This document shows, piece by piece, positions 34,347-42,761 of a stretch of 64,000 bases of DNA. Below the pieces are notes generated by a model. It was not told where the DNA came from, ran no database searches, and worked only from the letters and a program-made list of their open reading frames with translations. Numbering within the stretch: the first letter of the stretch is position 1; each line of letters begins with the position of its first letter. Source of the DNA: Chloroflexota bacterium (lineage in GTDB: Bacteria; Chloroflexota; Anaerolineae; UBA4142); contig JACRBM010000033.1 of NCBI GenBank assembly GCA_016219275.1, forward strand, positions 50,843 to 114,842, given 5' to 3'. A program made the translations under genes and the position numbers.

Positions 34347-35825
34347 TTACCACGAATACCGCACGGTGTAATTCACAACCTTTTCGCCGTCGGACGGAAC
34401 GCCCACGCGAAACTCGATGGTCTGCGCGTCGGTCTTGATATAATCCTGGGTCAGGTTTTTCAATTCCCAATTCGACCAGCGGAACAGGTGCTCGACCGCG
34501 CGTACTTCGACTGCTTCTTTTTTGTGATTGCGAAGTTTGATCTGGTACGTTTCCTCGATCACGCGGTCGCTGACCTTGGTGAAATTCATTTGCTTACGCT
34601 CGCCCACCACGTCGAACGCATTGCCGATGTTGAGCCGAATCATCTCGTCTTTCGGCGTGTGGTCAATGTTGTCCTCGCCGATGAACTGATTGCCGCCATC
34701 GCCATCGGCTTTGTAGACGCGAATCGTCCCTTTGGGCAATGGCATCCCCATTTTGTTCGCTTCGTTGTTTTTGAACTCGACCATGACCGCGACTTTGGAG
34801 TTGCTTGTCTTGCCGTAATTCGCATCGGTGATTTGGTAACCGTAGAAACGGAGATTGCTCGCGCCATCGTAAACGAACAGTTTGTTGATCGGCACACCTG
34901 CCGCCGTCGCAAATTCGATCTGCTTTGTCTCGCGGTTACGAATTGTCGTCGCGCGTTGCAACGCGTAGAGGTGGTACTCGAAGAAATCTTGTTGCGTGAA
35001 TTGCGGTTCGGGTTTCGCCGCGGCGGTCGGCGCAGCCATCAGCGCGCCATCGCGCGCGGCAGGCGCCGGCGTCACGCGGCGCACATCGCCCGCGACGAGT
35101 TTTAGTTTCGCGTCCTCGTACGTCGCGCCGCTTTGATTGTCCACGGTCACCCAGCCATTCAGATTCATCGCCGTGTCCTTGTCGTTCACGACGACCACGT
35201 AATTCGCTTTCCACGTAATGCCGTTCGTCAGGTATGTCACCTGAGCGTCGTGATTACCCTCTTTCGCCGCGTTGACCATCCAGACCAGGGTCGGCTTGGT
35301 GATGAGACCACCGGGCAATTGCGGGAATTTCAATTCGCGCACGCGCGCGAGTTTCACCGTCGTGACTTGCCCATCCTCGCTCTGTAAAATAATATCGTCC
35401 GAGCCACTGAGCAATTTGCCGGTGTACTTGCTTCCATCCTCGGTTACGAGCGACACGGTTTGATCCAAATACTTTTGCAAAATCTTTTGCGAGCCAACGA
35501 TATCGTACGCGTAATTCTGTTCGAGCACGCGCGTGTTGCTCGGATCGGTCAGCGAGGTGAACTGCACACTCGTCGGATCAATCTGCGACGCGACATCGGT
35601 GAAACGAATTTGGTTTGCACCCGACTTGAGCTGAAGCGTGCGCCGATCCTTGACGAGCGCGACGTTTTGATTGTAAACGGTAATATCCACACCGGCACTC
35701 GCCGCACTCGCCGCCGGTGTGGTGGACGAAGATAACGGGTTGCCGCCCTGACAGCCCACGGCGAATCCAAGAATCAACAACAATCCAATAGACACACACA
35801 CCAGAAAAATTTCTCGTCGTAACAT
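34347..35825 (-). CDS. DUF4139-like lipoprotein, function unknown
   Basis: ATG 35825 after GGGAGG. Lipobox LGFAVGC. VYNQNVALVKDRR... pattern typical of the DUF4139/MuiA-like family (family call from memory). Confidence 0.65.
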   Translation of the reverse strand: MLRREIFLVCVSIGLLLILGFAVGCQGGNPLSSSTTPAASAASAGVDITVYNQNVALVKDRRTLQLKSGANQIRFTDVASQIDPTSVQFTSLTDPSNTRVLEQNYAYDIVGSQKILQKYLDQTVSLVTEDGSKYTGKLLSGSDDIILQSEDGQVTTVKLARVRELKFPQLPGGLITKPTLVWMVNAAKEGNHDAQVTYLTNGITWKANYVVVVNDKDTAMNLNGWVTVDNQSGATYEDAKLKLVAGDVRRVTPAPAARDGALMAAPTAAAKPEPQFTQQDFFEYHLYALQRATTIRNRETKQIEFATAAGVPINKLFVYDGASNLRFYGYQITDANYGKTSNSKVAVMVEFKNNEANKMGMPLPKGTIRVYKADGDGGNQFIGEDNIDHTPKDEMIRLNIGNAFDVVGERKQMNFTKVSDRVIEETYQIKLRNHKKEAVEVRAVEHLFRWSNWELKNLTQDYIKTDAQTIEFRVGVPSDGEKVVNYTVRYSW

Positions 35826-35844
35826 CGCTGCCTCCCGGCGAATC

Positions 35845-35890
35845 ACCCCTCCCTTCCCTCCCCTTGGCAAGGGGAGGGCTAGGGTAGGGT
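35845..35890. repeat. GC-rich palindromic element copy E2
   Basis: ACCCCTCCCTTCCCTCCCCTTGGCAAGGGGAGGGCTAGGGTAGGGT. Confidence 0.7.
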
Positions 35891-35940
35891 TACAATTTTG
35901 GTTTTCACTTTCAAGACGTTGGCGAAGTGAAAATAGTTCC

Positions 35941-35984
35941 AACCCCCACCCCAGCCCTCCCCCGCTTTCGGCGGGGAGGGAGTC
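35941..35984. repeat. GC-rich palindromic element copy E3 (opposite orientation)
   Basis: AACCCCCACCCCAGCCCTCCCCCGCTTTCGGCGGGGAGGGAGTC. Confidence 0.7.
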
Positions 35985-36024
35985 GAATGAAAAACCTTCG
36001 AGGCATCACCTCGAAGGTTCTGGG

Positions 36025-36681
36025 TCACTCGTTCACGATCTGCGCGATGTTCGCGGAGGCAATTCTCGCCGCGCCGGCTTCGAGCATTTGCCGCGCCGCT
36101 TTTTGGGTCGCGATGCCACCCGCCGCGCGCACCGGCAAATTCGGACACGTCGCGCGCAACAAGCGCACATCGTCCGGCGAAACGATCCCAGGGCTAAAGT
36201 CGGTCGCCGTCTTGAGCGTGGACGCGCCCGCGACTTCGGCAAGTTTGCACGCACGCACTTTTTCTTCGTCGGTCAGCAAACCCACTTCGAGAATCACACA
36301 GACCGGATGCAACCGCGCGATTTTCGTCACCGTTTGAATGTCGTTCTTGACCGCGAGGTCATCGTGATCGCGCAACGCGCCGATGTTGATGACCATTTCG
36401 ATTTCGTCCACGCCGCGCTGAATCAAGTCTTGCGCGGCATACATTTTCGTCGCCGTCGAAACGCCACCGTGCGGAAAGCCGACGACGGACAGCACCTTGA
36501 CGCGCGAATCCTTCAACACTTTGCGAACGTGCTCAATGTAGTGCGGTTTGACGACAACGGCGAAACAATCCGTTTTGATCGCGAGTTCGCAACCGGCTTC
36601 GATCTCGGCGCGCGCCAATTGCGGCGCGAGCAAAAGCAAATCCATTTTTCGAACTAACTCGAGCGGCGTCCAATTTTCCAT
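36025..36681 (-). CDS. deoC: deoxyribose-phosphate aldolase
   Basis: DeoC-like length (218 aa), FPHGG, and a Schiff-base region LKTATDF resembling VKTSTGF. Confidence 0.8.
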   Translation of the reverse strand: MENWTPLELVRKMDLLLLAPQLARAEIEAGCELAIKTDCFAVVVKPHYIEHVRKVLKDSRVKVLSVVGFPHGGVSTATKMYAAQDLIQRGVDEIEMVINIGALRDHDDLAVKNDIQTVTKIARLHPVCVILEVGLLTDEEKVRACKLAEVAGASTLKTATDFSPGIVSPDDVRLLRATCPNLPVRAAGGIATQKAARQMLEAGAARIASANIAQIVNE

Positions 36682-36707
36682 TCCCGTCTTTCCTTGATGC
36701 GTTTATC

Positions 36708-36740
36708 AGAATCCAGGTTTCTTGAAGAAACCTGGATTCT
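36708..36740 (-). terminator. hairpin, AGAAACCAGGTTTCT family variant
   Basis: AGAATCCAGGTTTCTT-G-AAGAAACCTGGATTCT. Confidence 0.6.
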
Positions 36741-36754
36741 ATCTCCGATTCCAA

Positions 36755-37417
36755 CTACTTGTCCGACAAAAGCGTTTCGAGCGGCTTGCCATTGATCCAG
36801 ACCGCCACGCGCTTGACCGTCGCGAATTGTAGCGCGGTCTCTTTGATCTGCGCGTCAACGCGCGGATTGTCGCACACACCACCCAGTTTCAGCGAGCCGC
36901 TCAACCGAATCTCGGCACGTTCATTTATAACCGAAACGCTCTCAATTTTCAAATCGGACATGGCAAGCGCGTTGTGCAAACCGGACTGTCCGTACTTGGT
37001 ATCGCGCACCGCGAGCAATTCGCGCAGCACGGCGGTGAGCGGCGCGGTCGTCGCCGGGATCGCGCGCTCGACCGCGATGATGCTGTCGTCGCAACCGATC
37101 TTTTTGCCGGACTTGCCATTGTCTTCGAGCGCAACGAAAAATAATTTGACGCGCATAGTGCCCGCCGCGAGTGTCGTCGTCGGTGCGGGTCGCGTCGCGG
37201 TCAAGGTGCGCGCGGGAAGCGCGGTTGGTTGCGTCTGCGTCAACACGAGAGTCGGTATGACGACCGGCGTCGCAACGACCGGCACAGTAATGATCGTCGG
37301 CATCGCCATCGTCGTCGGCGCTTGCGTTGGCGCGATGGTTGGCGTGGGCGTGCTGGGTGTGGCAGACGAGCAAGCGACCAAACCAATCGCGCAAACGATC
37401 AACCACAAATGTTTCAT
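36755..37417 (-). CDS. GerMN domain lipoprotein
   Basis: Lipobox GLVAC, a Thr/Pro-rich linker, and a C-terminal GerMN-like region (VKLFFVALEDNG...). Confidence 0.7.
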   Translation of the reverse strand: MKHLWLIVCAIGLVACSSATPSTPTPTIAPTQAPTTMAMPTIITVPVVATPVVIPTLVLTQTQPTALPARTLTATRPAPTTTLAAGTMRVKLFFVALEDNGKSGKKIGCDDSIIAVERAIPATTAPLTAVLRELLAVRDTKYGQSGLHNALAMSDLKIESVSVINERAEIRLSGSLKLGGVCDNPRVDAQIKETALQFATVKRVAVWINGKPLETLLSDK

Positions 37418-37418
37418 T

Positions 37419-38648
37419 TCACTCTCCTTTCAAAAATTCGCGAATCGAAATCGCCGCGCTGGCGCCTTCGCCGACTGCGCTGGCGACTTGCTTGGTCGAA
37501 CCGGCGCGCACATCGCCCGCCGCGAAAATACCGCGCGCGCTCGTCTCCATAAAAGACGGAATGCGCTCGATGCGTTCGCCGTGATGCACGAGATCGTGTC
37601 CGGTCTTGATGTAACCCCACTGATCGAGCGCGACCATCTCGCGGACGATTTGGTTATTCGGCACTTGACCGATAAAGATGAACGCCGCGTCGGGATATAA
37701 TTCCTCGACCACACCCGTCGCGATGTTTTGGGTAACGATCGTTTGCAATTTGCCCTTGCCGCGAAATTCGGTAACGCGCGTATTGAATTTCACTTCGACC
37801 GCGCTCGGCATTGCGAAAATCTTATCTTGCGCGAATTGGCTCGCGGTTAAGCGTTCGCCGCGCACGAGGATCGTCACGCGTTGGGCAAACTTGGTGAGGA
37901 ACAATCCTTCTTCGACCGCGCTGTTGCCGCCGCCGATCACGACGATTTGTTCCGCGCCTTTGTAAAACGGACCATCGCACGTCGCGCAAAAGTGAATGCC
38001 CGCGCCGATGAAATCGTCTTCGCCTTGCGCGTTGAGCTTGCGATAGTCCGCGCCGGTCGCGACGAGAATCGCTTGCGCGCAATAACGACTACCATCGCGC
38101 AAGTGAATGATCCGGTAATCGTCCGTCGCCTCGATGCGCTCGACCTCTTGCGCTTGCAAAATCTCGACGCCAAAGCGGCGCGCTTGCGCAACGATGCGTT
38201 CCGCAAATTCCGCGCCGCTCAATCCTTCGGGAAACCCAGGAAAATTATCAATCGCGCCGGTGATGCTCGCCTGTCCGCCGAGCGCGCTCTTTTCGATGAC
38301 GAGCGTCTCGATACCTTCGCGCGCAGCGTAGATTGCGGTGGTCAAGCCCGCGGGTCCACCGCCGACGACGATGAGATCGTAGAATTGCATCTTGGCTTGC
38401 GTTTGCAGACCCAGCTTTTGCGCGAGTTGTGCGTTCGTCGGCTCGACGAGGAACGATCCATCGGCAAACACAATCGTCGGGATGATGCGCTTGCCGTTGT
38501 TGATTTTTTCGATGTACGCGCGCGCGGCGACATCTTTCTCAATGTCCACCCAGTCATAGTGCACCATTTGCTCGCCGAGAAACTTTTTCGCGCGCTTGCA
38601 GTCCGGGCACCACGTTGCGCCGTAGACGGTAATGTTTGTTCGGGACAT
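37419..38648 (-). CDS. glutaredoxin/NrdH-like domain fused to thioredoxin-disulfide reductase
   Basis: N-terminal WCPDC. FAD motif GGGPAGLTTAIYAAREG, redox-active CATCDG, NADPH motif GGGNSAVEEG. Confidence 0.85.
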   Translation of the reverse strand: MSRTNITVYGATWCPDCKRAKKFLGEQMVHYDWVDIEKDVAARAYIEKINNGKRIIPTIVFADGSFLVEPTNAQLAQKLGLQTQAKMQFYDLIVVGGGPAGLTTAIYAAREGIETLVIEKSALGGQASITGAIDNFPGFPEGLSGAEFAERIVAQARRFGVEILQAQEVERIEATDDYRIIHLRDGSRYCAQAILVATGADYRKLNAQGEDDFIGAGIHFCATCDGPFYKGAEQIVVIGGGNSAVEEGLFLTKFAQRVTILVRGERLTASQFAQDKIFAMPSAVEVKFNTRVTEFRGKGKLQTIVTQNIATGVVEELYPDAAFIFIGQVPNNQIVREMVALDQWGYIKTGHDLVHHGERIERIPSFMETSARGIFAAGDVRAGSTKQVASAVGEGASAAISIREFLKGE

Positions 38649-38650
38649 GA

Positions 38651-39013
38651 CTACTCCAATGCATTGGAAATCTGCAATAGCACAGATTCGATATTCTGTA
38701 GAATTTCGTTATTCCAAAATCGTATCACGCAATAGTTTTTTTGCTCATTCAACCATTGCGTTCGTTTAGCATCATACTCGATTTGAGCTGGCTCACCGTG
38801 ATTATCTCCATCAACCTCAACGACCAATTTTGCTTCCGCACAAAAGAAATCCACGATGTACGGACCGACCGCGTGTTGTCGGCGAAACTGCACGCCGAGT
38901 TGATTGTCGCGAATGTGATACCATAGCTTCTTTTCGGCAGGCGTCATCGCTCGGCGCAGTTCGCGGGCGCGATATTTGTTCGCTTCGGTCGTGCGCCAAC
39001 GATTTCGAGTCAT
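38651..39013 (-). CDS. DUF559 endonuclease-domain protein (Vsr-like fold)
   Basis: LRRAMTPAEKKLWYHIR...FRRQHAVGPYIVDFFC...LVVEVDG...D..R...L...G..V.RFWNNEI, the typical DUF559 pattern. Confidence 0.8.
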   Translation of the reverse strand: MTRNRWRTTEANKYRARELRRAMTPAEKKLWYHIRDNQLGVQFRRQHAVGPYIVDFFCAEAKLVVEVDGDNHGEPAQIEYDAKRTQWLNEQKNYCVIRFWNNEILQNIESVLLQISNALE

Positions 39014-39137
39014 GCTTTTGCTCCTAGTGCATTATTAACAAAGCAGTTGTGCATTGCAAAAGATTTTGTAGCGCAAAACGCAGCCCCAATGCAAAACAAG
39101 ATTGTTATAGATGCACTAGGATGCGATGTTCGACGAT

Positions 39138-39261
39138 CAGCCCCCATCCCCAGCCCTTCCCCCGTTCACAAAAAACGTGAACGGGGGAAGGGAGTCCGCT
39201 CGCGTGTCCCCTCCCCTGTTCGCTGAACTTGCGAACGGGGGAGGGTTAGGGAGGGGGCTGG
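39138..39261. repeat. two GC-rich palindromic elements (E4, E5) in opposite orientation forming a composite palindrome
   Basis: E4 is CAGCCCCCATCCCCAGCCCTTCCCCCGTTCAC-AAAAAAC-GTGAACGGGGGAAGGGAGTC. E5 is TCCCCTCCCCTGTTCGC-TGAACTT-GCGAACGGGGGAGGGTTAGGGAGGGGGCTGG. E5 contains the stop and last codons of the STAND gene. Confidence 0.7.
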
Positions 39262-41825
39262 TTCGCCTTCAACCTCTCCACCAACTCCCGTACCTCCGCC
39301 AAATCCCTGTGCCGCAGCCGCTCGTAAATCTTCAGCGCATCTTGCGCCAGTGGCAGCGCCAAGTCCACGTGCCCTTCTGCTTCGTGCACGCGCGCCAAAC
39401 TATATGTTGCCTCTGCAACCCATTCCTGGTTTCCAAGTTCTTTCGCTAGAGCAACTTCTTTTTCAAACCACTCTTGCGCTCTCGCCCACTGCTTGCAATC
39501 ACAAGCAAGTTGTCCCAATTCACTGTAGACTTTTACTTCGTGTCCGCGACTTCCGCGCTTGCGTGATAATTCCAGGCTTTGCATGTAATATCTTTCTGCA
39601 ATCTCATATTCTTTTTGGTCACGTGCTATCGTTCCCAATTGGTGGAACGTTACTTCAAGTTGTAAATCCGAAATTGAATTGTGCGAATCAGAAAGTGATT
39701 CTTTCAAAAGACGAGCAGCCTCGGTGTAATCTTTCTTCTGAAACGCAGCCATTCCGAGAATAAATGGACCAAAAGTCGTATCACGCTTCGCGATGTGCCC
39801 AAGACTATCAGCCAATCTATCTTGCCAATATACTTTATCCACATCGCTACCGCGCGCTTCGCTAATAGAAAACAAAGTCATGGCACAAAAGGCGGCATTG
39901 CGCCAATTTCCCATACTATATGCCTCTTCATATGCGGTGCCGTTCAGAATCAATGCTTCATCCCAACGTCCAGAAAATCGCAGGAATTCATCTATAGCGC
40001 GCACCAATTCAATATAGAGTTGCGCTTTATCTTGCCTCGCAATTGTATTGACTTCAGCAAACCATTTTATCGCCGCGTCTAGGTTTGCCCACTCAGTCTC
40101 AAGTTGGCTATACGTTTTACAACTTTCCTTACTACTTCCACCATATTGTTCTGCATAATCCACCCAATATTGTGCAAACCGCATTCCAGTTTCGCGTGCA
40201 ACATTCGCATCGGCAAGTAGTTCGTCGCGGACAAAGGCGCGCGTGAGTGGATGCAGGGCGTAGCGTTCTTCGCCTGCCAGCACGTCCACCAGCGACAGCG
40301 CGCTCAAGCGGTCAATTGTCGTTTCCAACGCGTTGCGCGACAGGTCCGCCACTTGCATCCACGCCTCGAACGTCGCGGAGGGGACAAAGAACGAGAGCGC
40401 GCCGAGCGCGGCTTTATCGTTCGTCGTCAACTCTTTGTGCGCTTCTTGGAAAATAAATTTCTGCAAATCGGGGTCGTGATTGCCGCGCAACATCGCCAGC
40501 GCGCCGTCAAACGTCAACGCGGCGCGCACGCGCATCAAACCCAGCGTATGCACCAACGCCAGCGGCGAACCGTTCGTCTCATCGTACAATTCCTGCCAGC
40601 GCGATTCTGGAACACGGCGCAGTTTGTTTGCCAGTCCGACATCGCGCGCCATTTCGTTATCGATGATGCCGCGCGCCGCGTCCCAATCCAATTTCTCAAC
40701 GCGCAACCACACCGCGCCTTCGCCGCCGCGCCGTCGGCTCGTGATGATTGCCTTGCACGCTTGCGGCAGTTCGCGCAGAAAATCCGCCATCGCCTCCTGC
40801 TCCTCTTTCGACAGCGTTTCGAGATTGTCGTAGATAAGGAGCGCGCGCGACGCGCGCAACGCGTCGAGCAGCGCGCGTCGTTTTTCGTCGGACGACAGTT
40901 TTGGAATCCCAGGTTGCCCCAGCACGCGCGCGGTCTCGTTCAAGAAATCGTTGAGCGTGCGTGCGGCAGGCGTTTGCGCTTGAATGCCAGTCGGCTTGAG
41001 AATGTTTTGCTTGGCGGTGATAAACACGAACGCGTCGAATAACGAAGTATCCTGCGCGCGATACGCGGCTTCAATCGCGAGCGCGGTCTTGCCGATGCCG
41101 CCGATGCCATCCACGAGGACACCCCACGTGCGGTCGGCGGGGCTGAGCGCGCGCATCACCACGTCCATCTCTTTCGCGCGACCAAAGAACGCGGCGCGGC
41201 GCGGGAGGTTGTTGGGGGTTTGGGGCGCGAGGATTTGCGCGACTTCAGGCGTGATGGGCGTTTTCGATTGCTCGCCGTACTCGATGAGCAGTTTTTGCAG
41301 ATTGTCGAGCGCGAGTTTCTCAAACACTTCGGGTGTGTCGAACGATTGCGTCAAGACGCGAAACTCGCCTTGCGGGTCTTGAATCTCTTTGAAGAAATCC
41401 TTGACGCGCTGCGCCTGCGCGAAATCCGCGTCGAGTGGAATCGCGCGCGTGCAACGATACATCACGATGCGCGGCTTTTTGAATTCTTTCCACAAACGAT
41501 ACGCCACGCGGAATTCTTCTTCCGTTCCCGACAAATATTCTTTTTGCGTCTGCGGGTCTTTTCCACCAGGCGGCGTGCCAAAGCGATGCCACAAGATGCC
41601 GACGAAAATATCCCACGAGGTCGGCTTCAACTGGTCAAAGATAATTTGCTGGGCGCGACCCGCGTCAGGCACAACCGCGCGCCAGTCCACGACTTCCAGC
41701 GTCAAGCCGAGATAATCCGCTGTCGGCTTGAGCGACGCGACGACCGTTTCCAACTTGGCGCGTTCCGTCGCCACGTCGGATGGTGACGCGGCAAAGATGC
41801 GGAGTTTCTTGAGTGTGTCTGGCAT
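39246..41825 (-). CDS. STAND NTPase: DUF4062-like N-terminal domain + NB-ARC P-loop + TPR array
   Basis: N-terminus RIFAASPSDVATERAKL...WDIFVGILWHRFG...LSGTEEEFRVAY...KPRIVMY (DUF4062-like pattern). Walker A VDGIGGIGKTALA; Walker B ALLIYDNLE. C-terminal TPR repeats. ATG 41825 after AAAGGTG (GTG 41834 also possible). Confidence 0.85.
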   Translation of the reverse strand: MPDTLKKLRIFAASPSDVATERAKLETVVASLKPTADYLGLTLEVVDWRAVVPDAGRAQQIIFDQLKPTSWDIFVGILWHRFGTPPGGKDPQTQKEYLSGTEEEFRVAYRLWKEFKKPRIVMYRCTRAIPLDADFAQAQRVKDFFKEIQDPQGEFRVLTQSFDTPEVFEKLALDNLQKLLIEYGEQSKTPITPEVAQILAPQTPNNLPRRAAFFGRAKEMDVVMRALSPADRTWGVLVDGIGGIGKTALAIEAAYRAQDTSLFDAFVFITAKQNILKPTGIQAQTPAARTLNDFLNETARVLGQPGIPKLSSDEKRRALLDALRASRALLIYDNLETLSKEEQEAMADFLRELPQACKAIITSRRRGGEGAVWLRVEKLDWDAARGIIDNEMARDVGLANKLRRVPESRWQELYDETNGSPLALVHTLGLMRVRAALTFDGALAMLRGNHDPDLQKFIFQEAHKELTTNDKAALGALSFFVPSATFEAWMQVADLSRNALETTIDRLSALSLVDVLAGEERYALHPLTRAFVRDELLADANVARETGMRFAQYWVDYAEQYGGSSKESCKTYSQLETEWANLDAAIKWFAEVNTIARQDKAQLYIELVRAIDEFLRFSGRWDEALILNGTAYEEAYSMGNWRNAAFCAMTLFSISEARGSDVDKVYWQDRLADSLGHIAKRDTTFGPFILGMAAFQKKDYTEAARLLKESLSDSHNSISDLQLEVTFHQLGTIARDQKEYEIAERYYMQSLELSRKRGSRGHEVKVYSELGQLACDCKQWARAQEWFEKEVALAKELGNQEWVAEATYSLARVHEAEGHVDLALPLAQDALKIYERLRHRDLAEVRELVERLKANQPPP

Positions 41826-41839
41826 TGTCAACACCTTTT

Positions 41840-41919
41840 ATGGGACACAGATAAACACTGATGAACACAGGTTTTTCTTTTGCATTATCAGTGTTCATGT
41901 GCGTTAATCTGTGTCCCAT
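41840..41919. repeat. 80-bp imperfect inverted repeat between the vapC stop and the STAND gene start
   Basis: Outer arms ATGGGACACAGAT (41840-41852) / ATCTGTGTCCCAT (41907-41919). Inner arms AACACTGAT / ATCAGTGTT. Confidence 0.7.
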
Positions 41920-42332
41920 TAATTTTGCGGCAACCAATGAATCTTGACGTGGCTTTGCAGTTGCTTGAACTCGGGATCGCCCGTTACGATTTCGAGTTTG
42001 TGTTGGCGCGCCAGCGCGGCGGCAAAACAATCGGCATACGCCAGCTTGTGCTTGGCTTTGAGTTTGGCGGCTTGGTTTGCCAATTCCCAATCCACCTCCA
42101 CCATTTGGAAACCAAGACCCAAAATTTCTTTAATGGCTTGGTCGGCGTCCGCGGCGGCGCGCGCGCGTGCCATGCTGTACCATACTTCGCCCAGATTGAT
42201 CACCGTGACGAGCAACCCATTTTCAATGTCTTGCGCTTCGGCGATCAGCGCTTGCACCTGCTCCGCCGCGGGTTCATCTTCGAGAAACGCCATCAATGCC
42301 CAACTATCGAAGACGCGCGGTTGCTTTGCCAT
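41919..42332 (-). CDS. vapC: PIN-domain ribonuclease toxin VapC
   Basis: VFDSWALMAFL (first acidic residue), ...DCFAAALA..., TGDPEF; 137 aa. Overlaps the antitoxin gene. Confidence 0.85.
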   Translation of the reverse strand: MAKQPRVFDSWALMAFLEDEPAAEQVQALIAEAQDIENGLLVTVINLGEVWYSMARARAAADADQAIKEILGLGFQMVEVDWELANQAAKLKAKHKLAYADCFAAALARQHKLEIVTGDPEFKQLQSHVKIHWLPQN

Positions 42333-42564
42333 CTTCCAGCTCCCTTTCGCGTTTGCGTTCCGCCATCAATGCTTTGAGCGCGCCCGCGCCTTTGAACATG
42401 CCGCGCACGCGTCGAATTTGCTCGCGCGTAACGGGTTGCAGAACGATTCGCCCATTCTCCTCAAAGACGTGAATCTTGGTGCCGGCTTTGATTCCGAATT
42501 TGCGTCGCAATGCCACAGGAATCAAAACTTGACCTTTGGTTGTCGCCGACGTATAGGTTTGCAT
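42304..42564 (-). CDS. vapB: AbrB/SpoVT-type antitoxin VapB
   Basis: KGQVLIPVALRRKFGIKAGTKIHV swapped-hairpin motif; 86 aa; GGAGGAGG RBS. Confidence 0.8.
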   Translation of the reverse strand: MQTYTSATTKGQVLIPVALRRKFGIKAGTKIHVFEENGRIVLQPVTREQIRRVRGMFKGAGALKALMAERKRERELEDGKATARLR

Positions 42565-42583
42565 TTTGCCTCCTCCGCATCAG

Positions 42584-42612
42584 AGTATAACATAATTATT
42601 AAAGTAACACAA
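42584..42612 (-). promoter_or_regulatory. sigma70-like promoter for vapBC
   Basis: Minus strand reads TTGTGT (42612-42607), 17 nt, TATACT (42589-42584). Confidence 0.4.
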
Positions 42613-42761
42613 TTTGTTTTGTATTACATGTGCTGGAAACTGCACCCAACGTACCCGGCGCGGCTCCCCGCGCGTCAGCGCCGCACCCTGCCCTCCTAAC
42701 GAAATGCTACAGCACCACGCACTTTGCGAATCTCCCTAGTCTGTGCTATATTTTCCGCGCT

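Noticed and set aside
39126-39449. 107-aa ORF beginning MFDDQPPSPALPPFTKNVNGGRESA.
   Set aside because: It is a translation of GC-rich palindromic elements E4/E5, and it runs antisense into the STAND gene.
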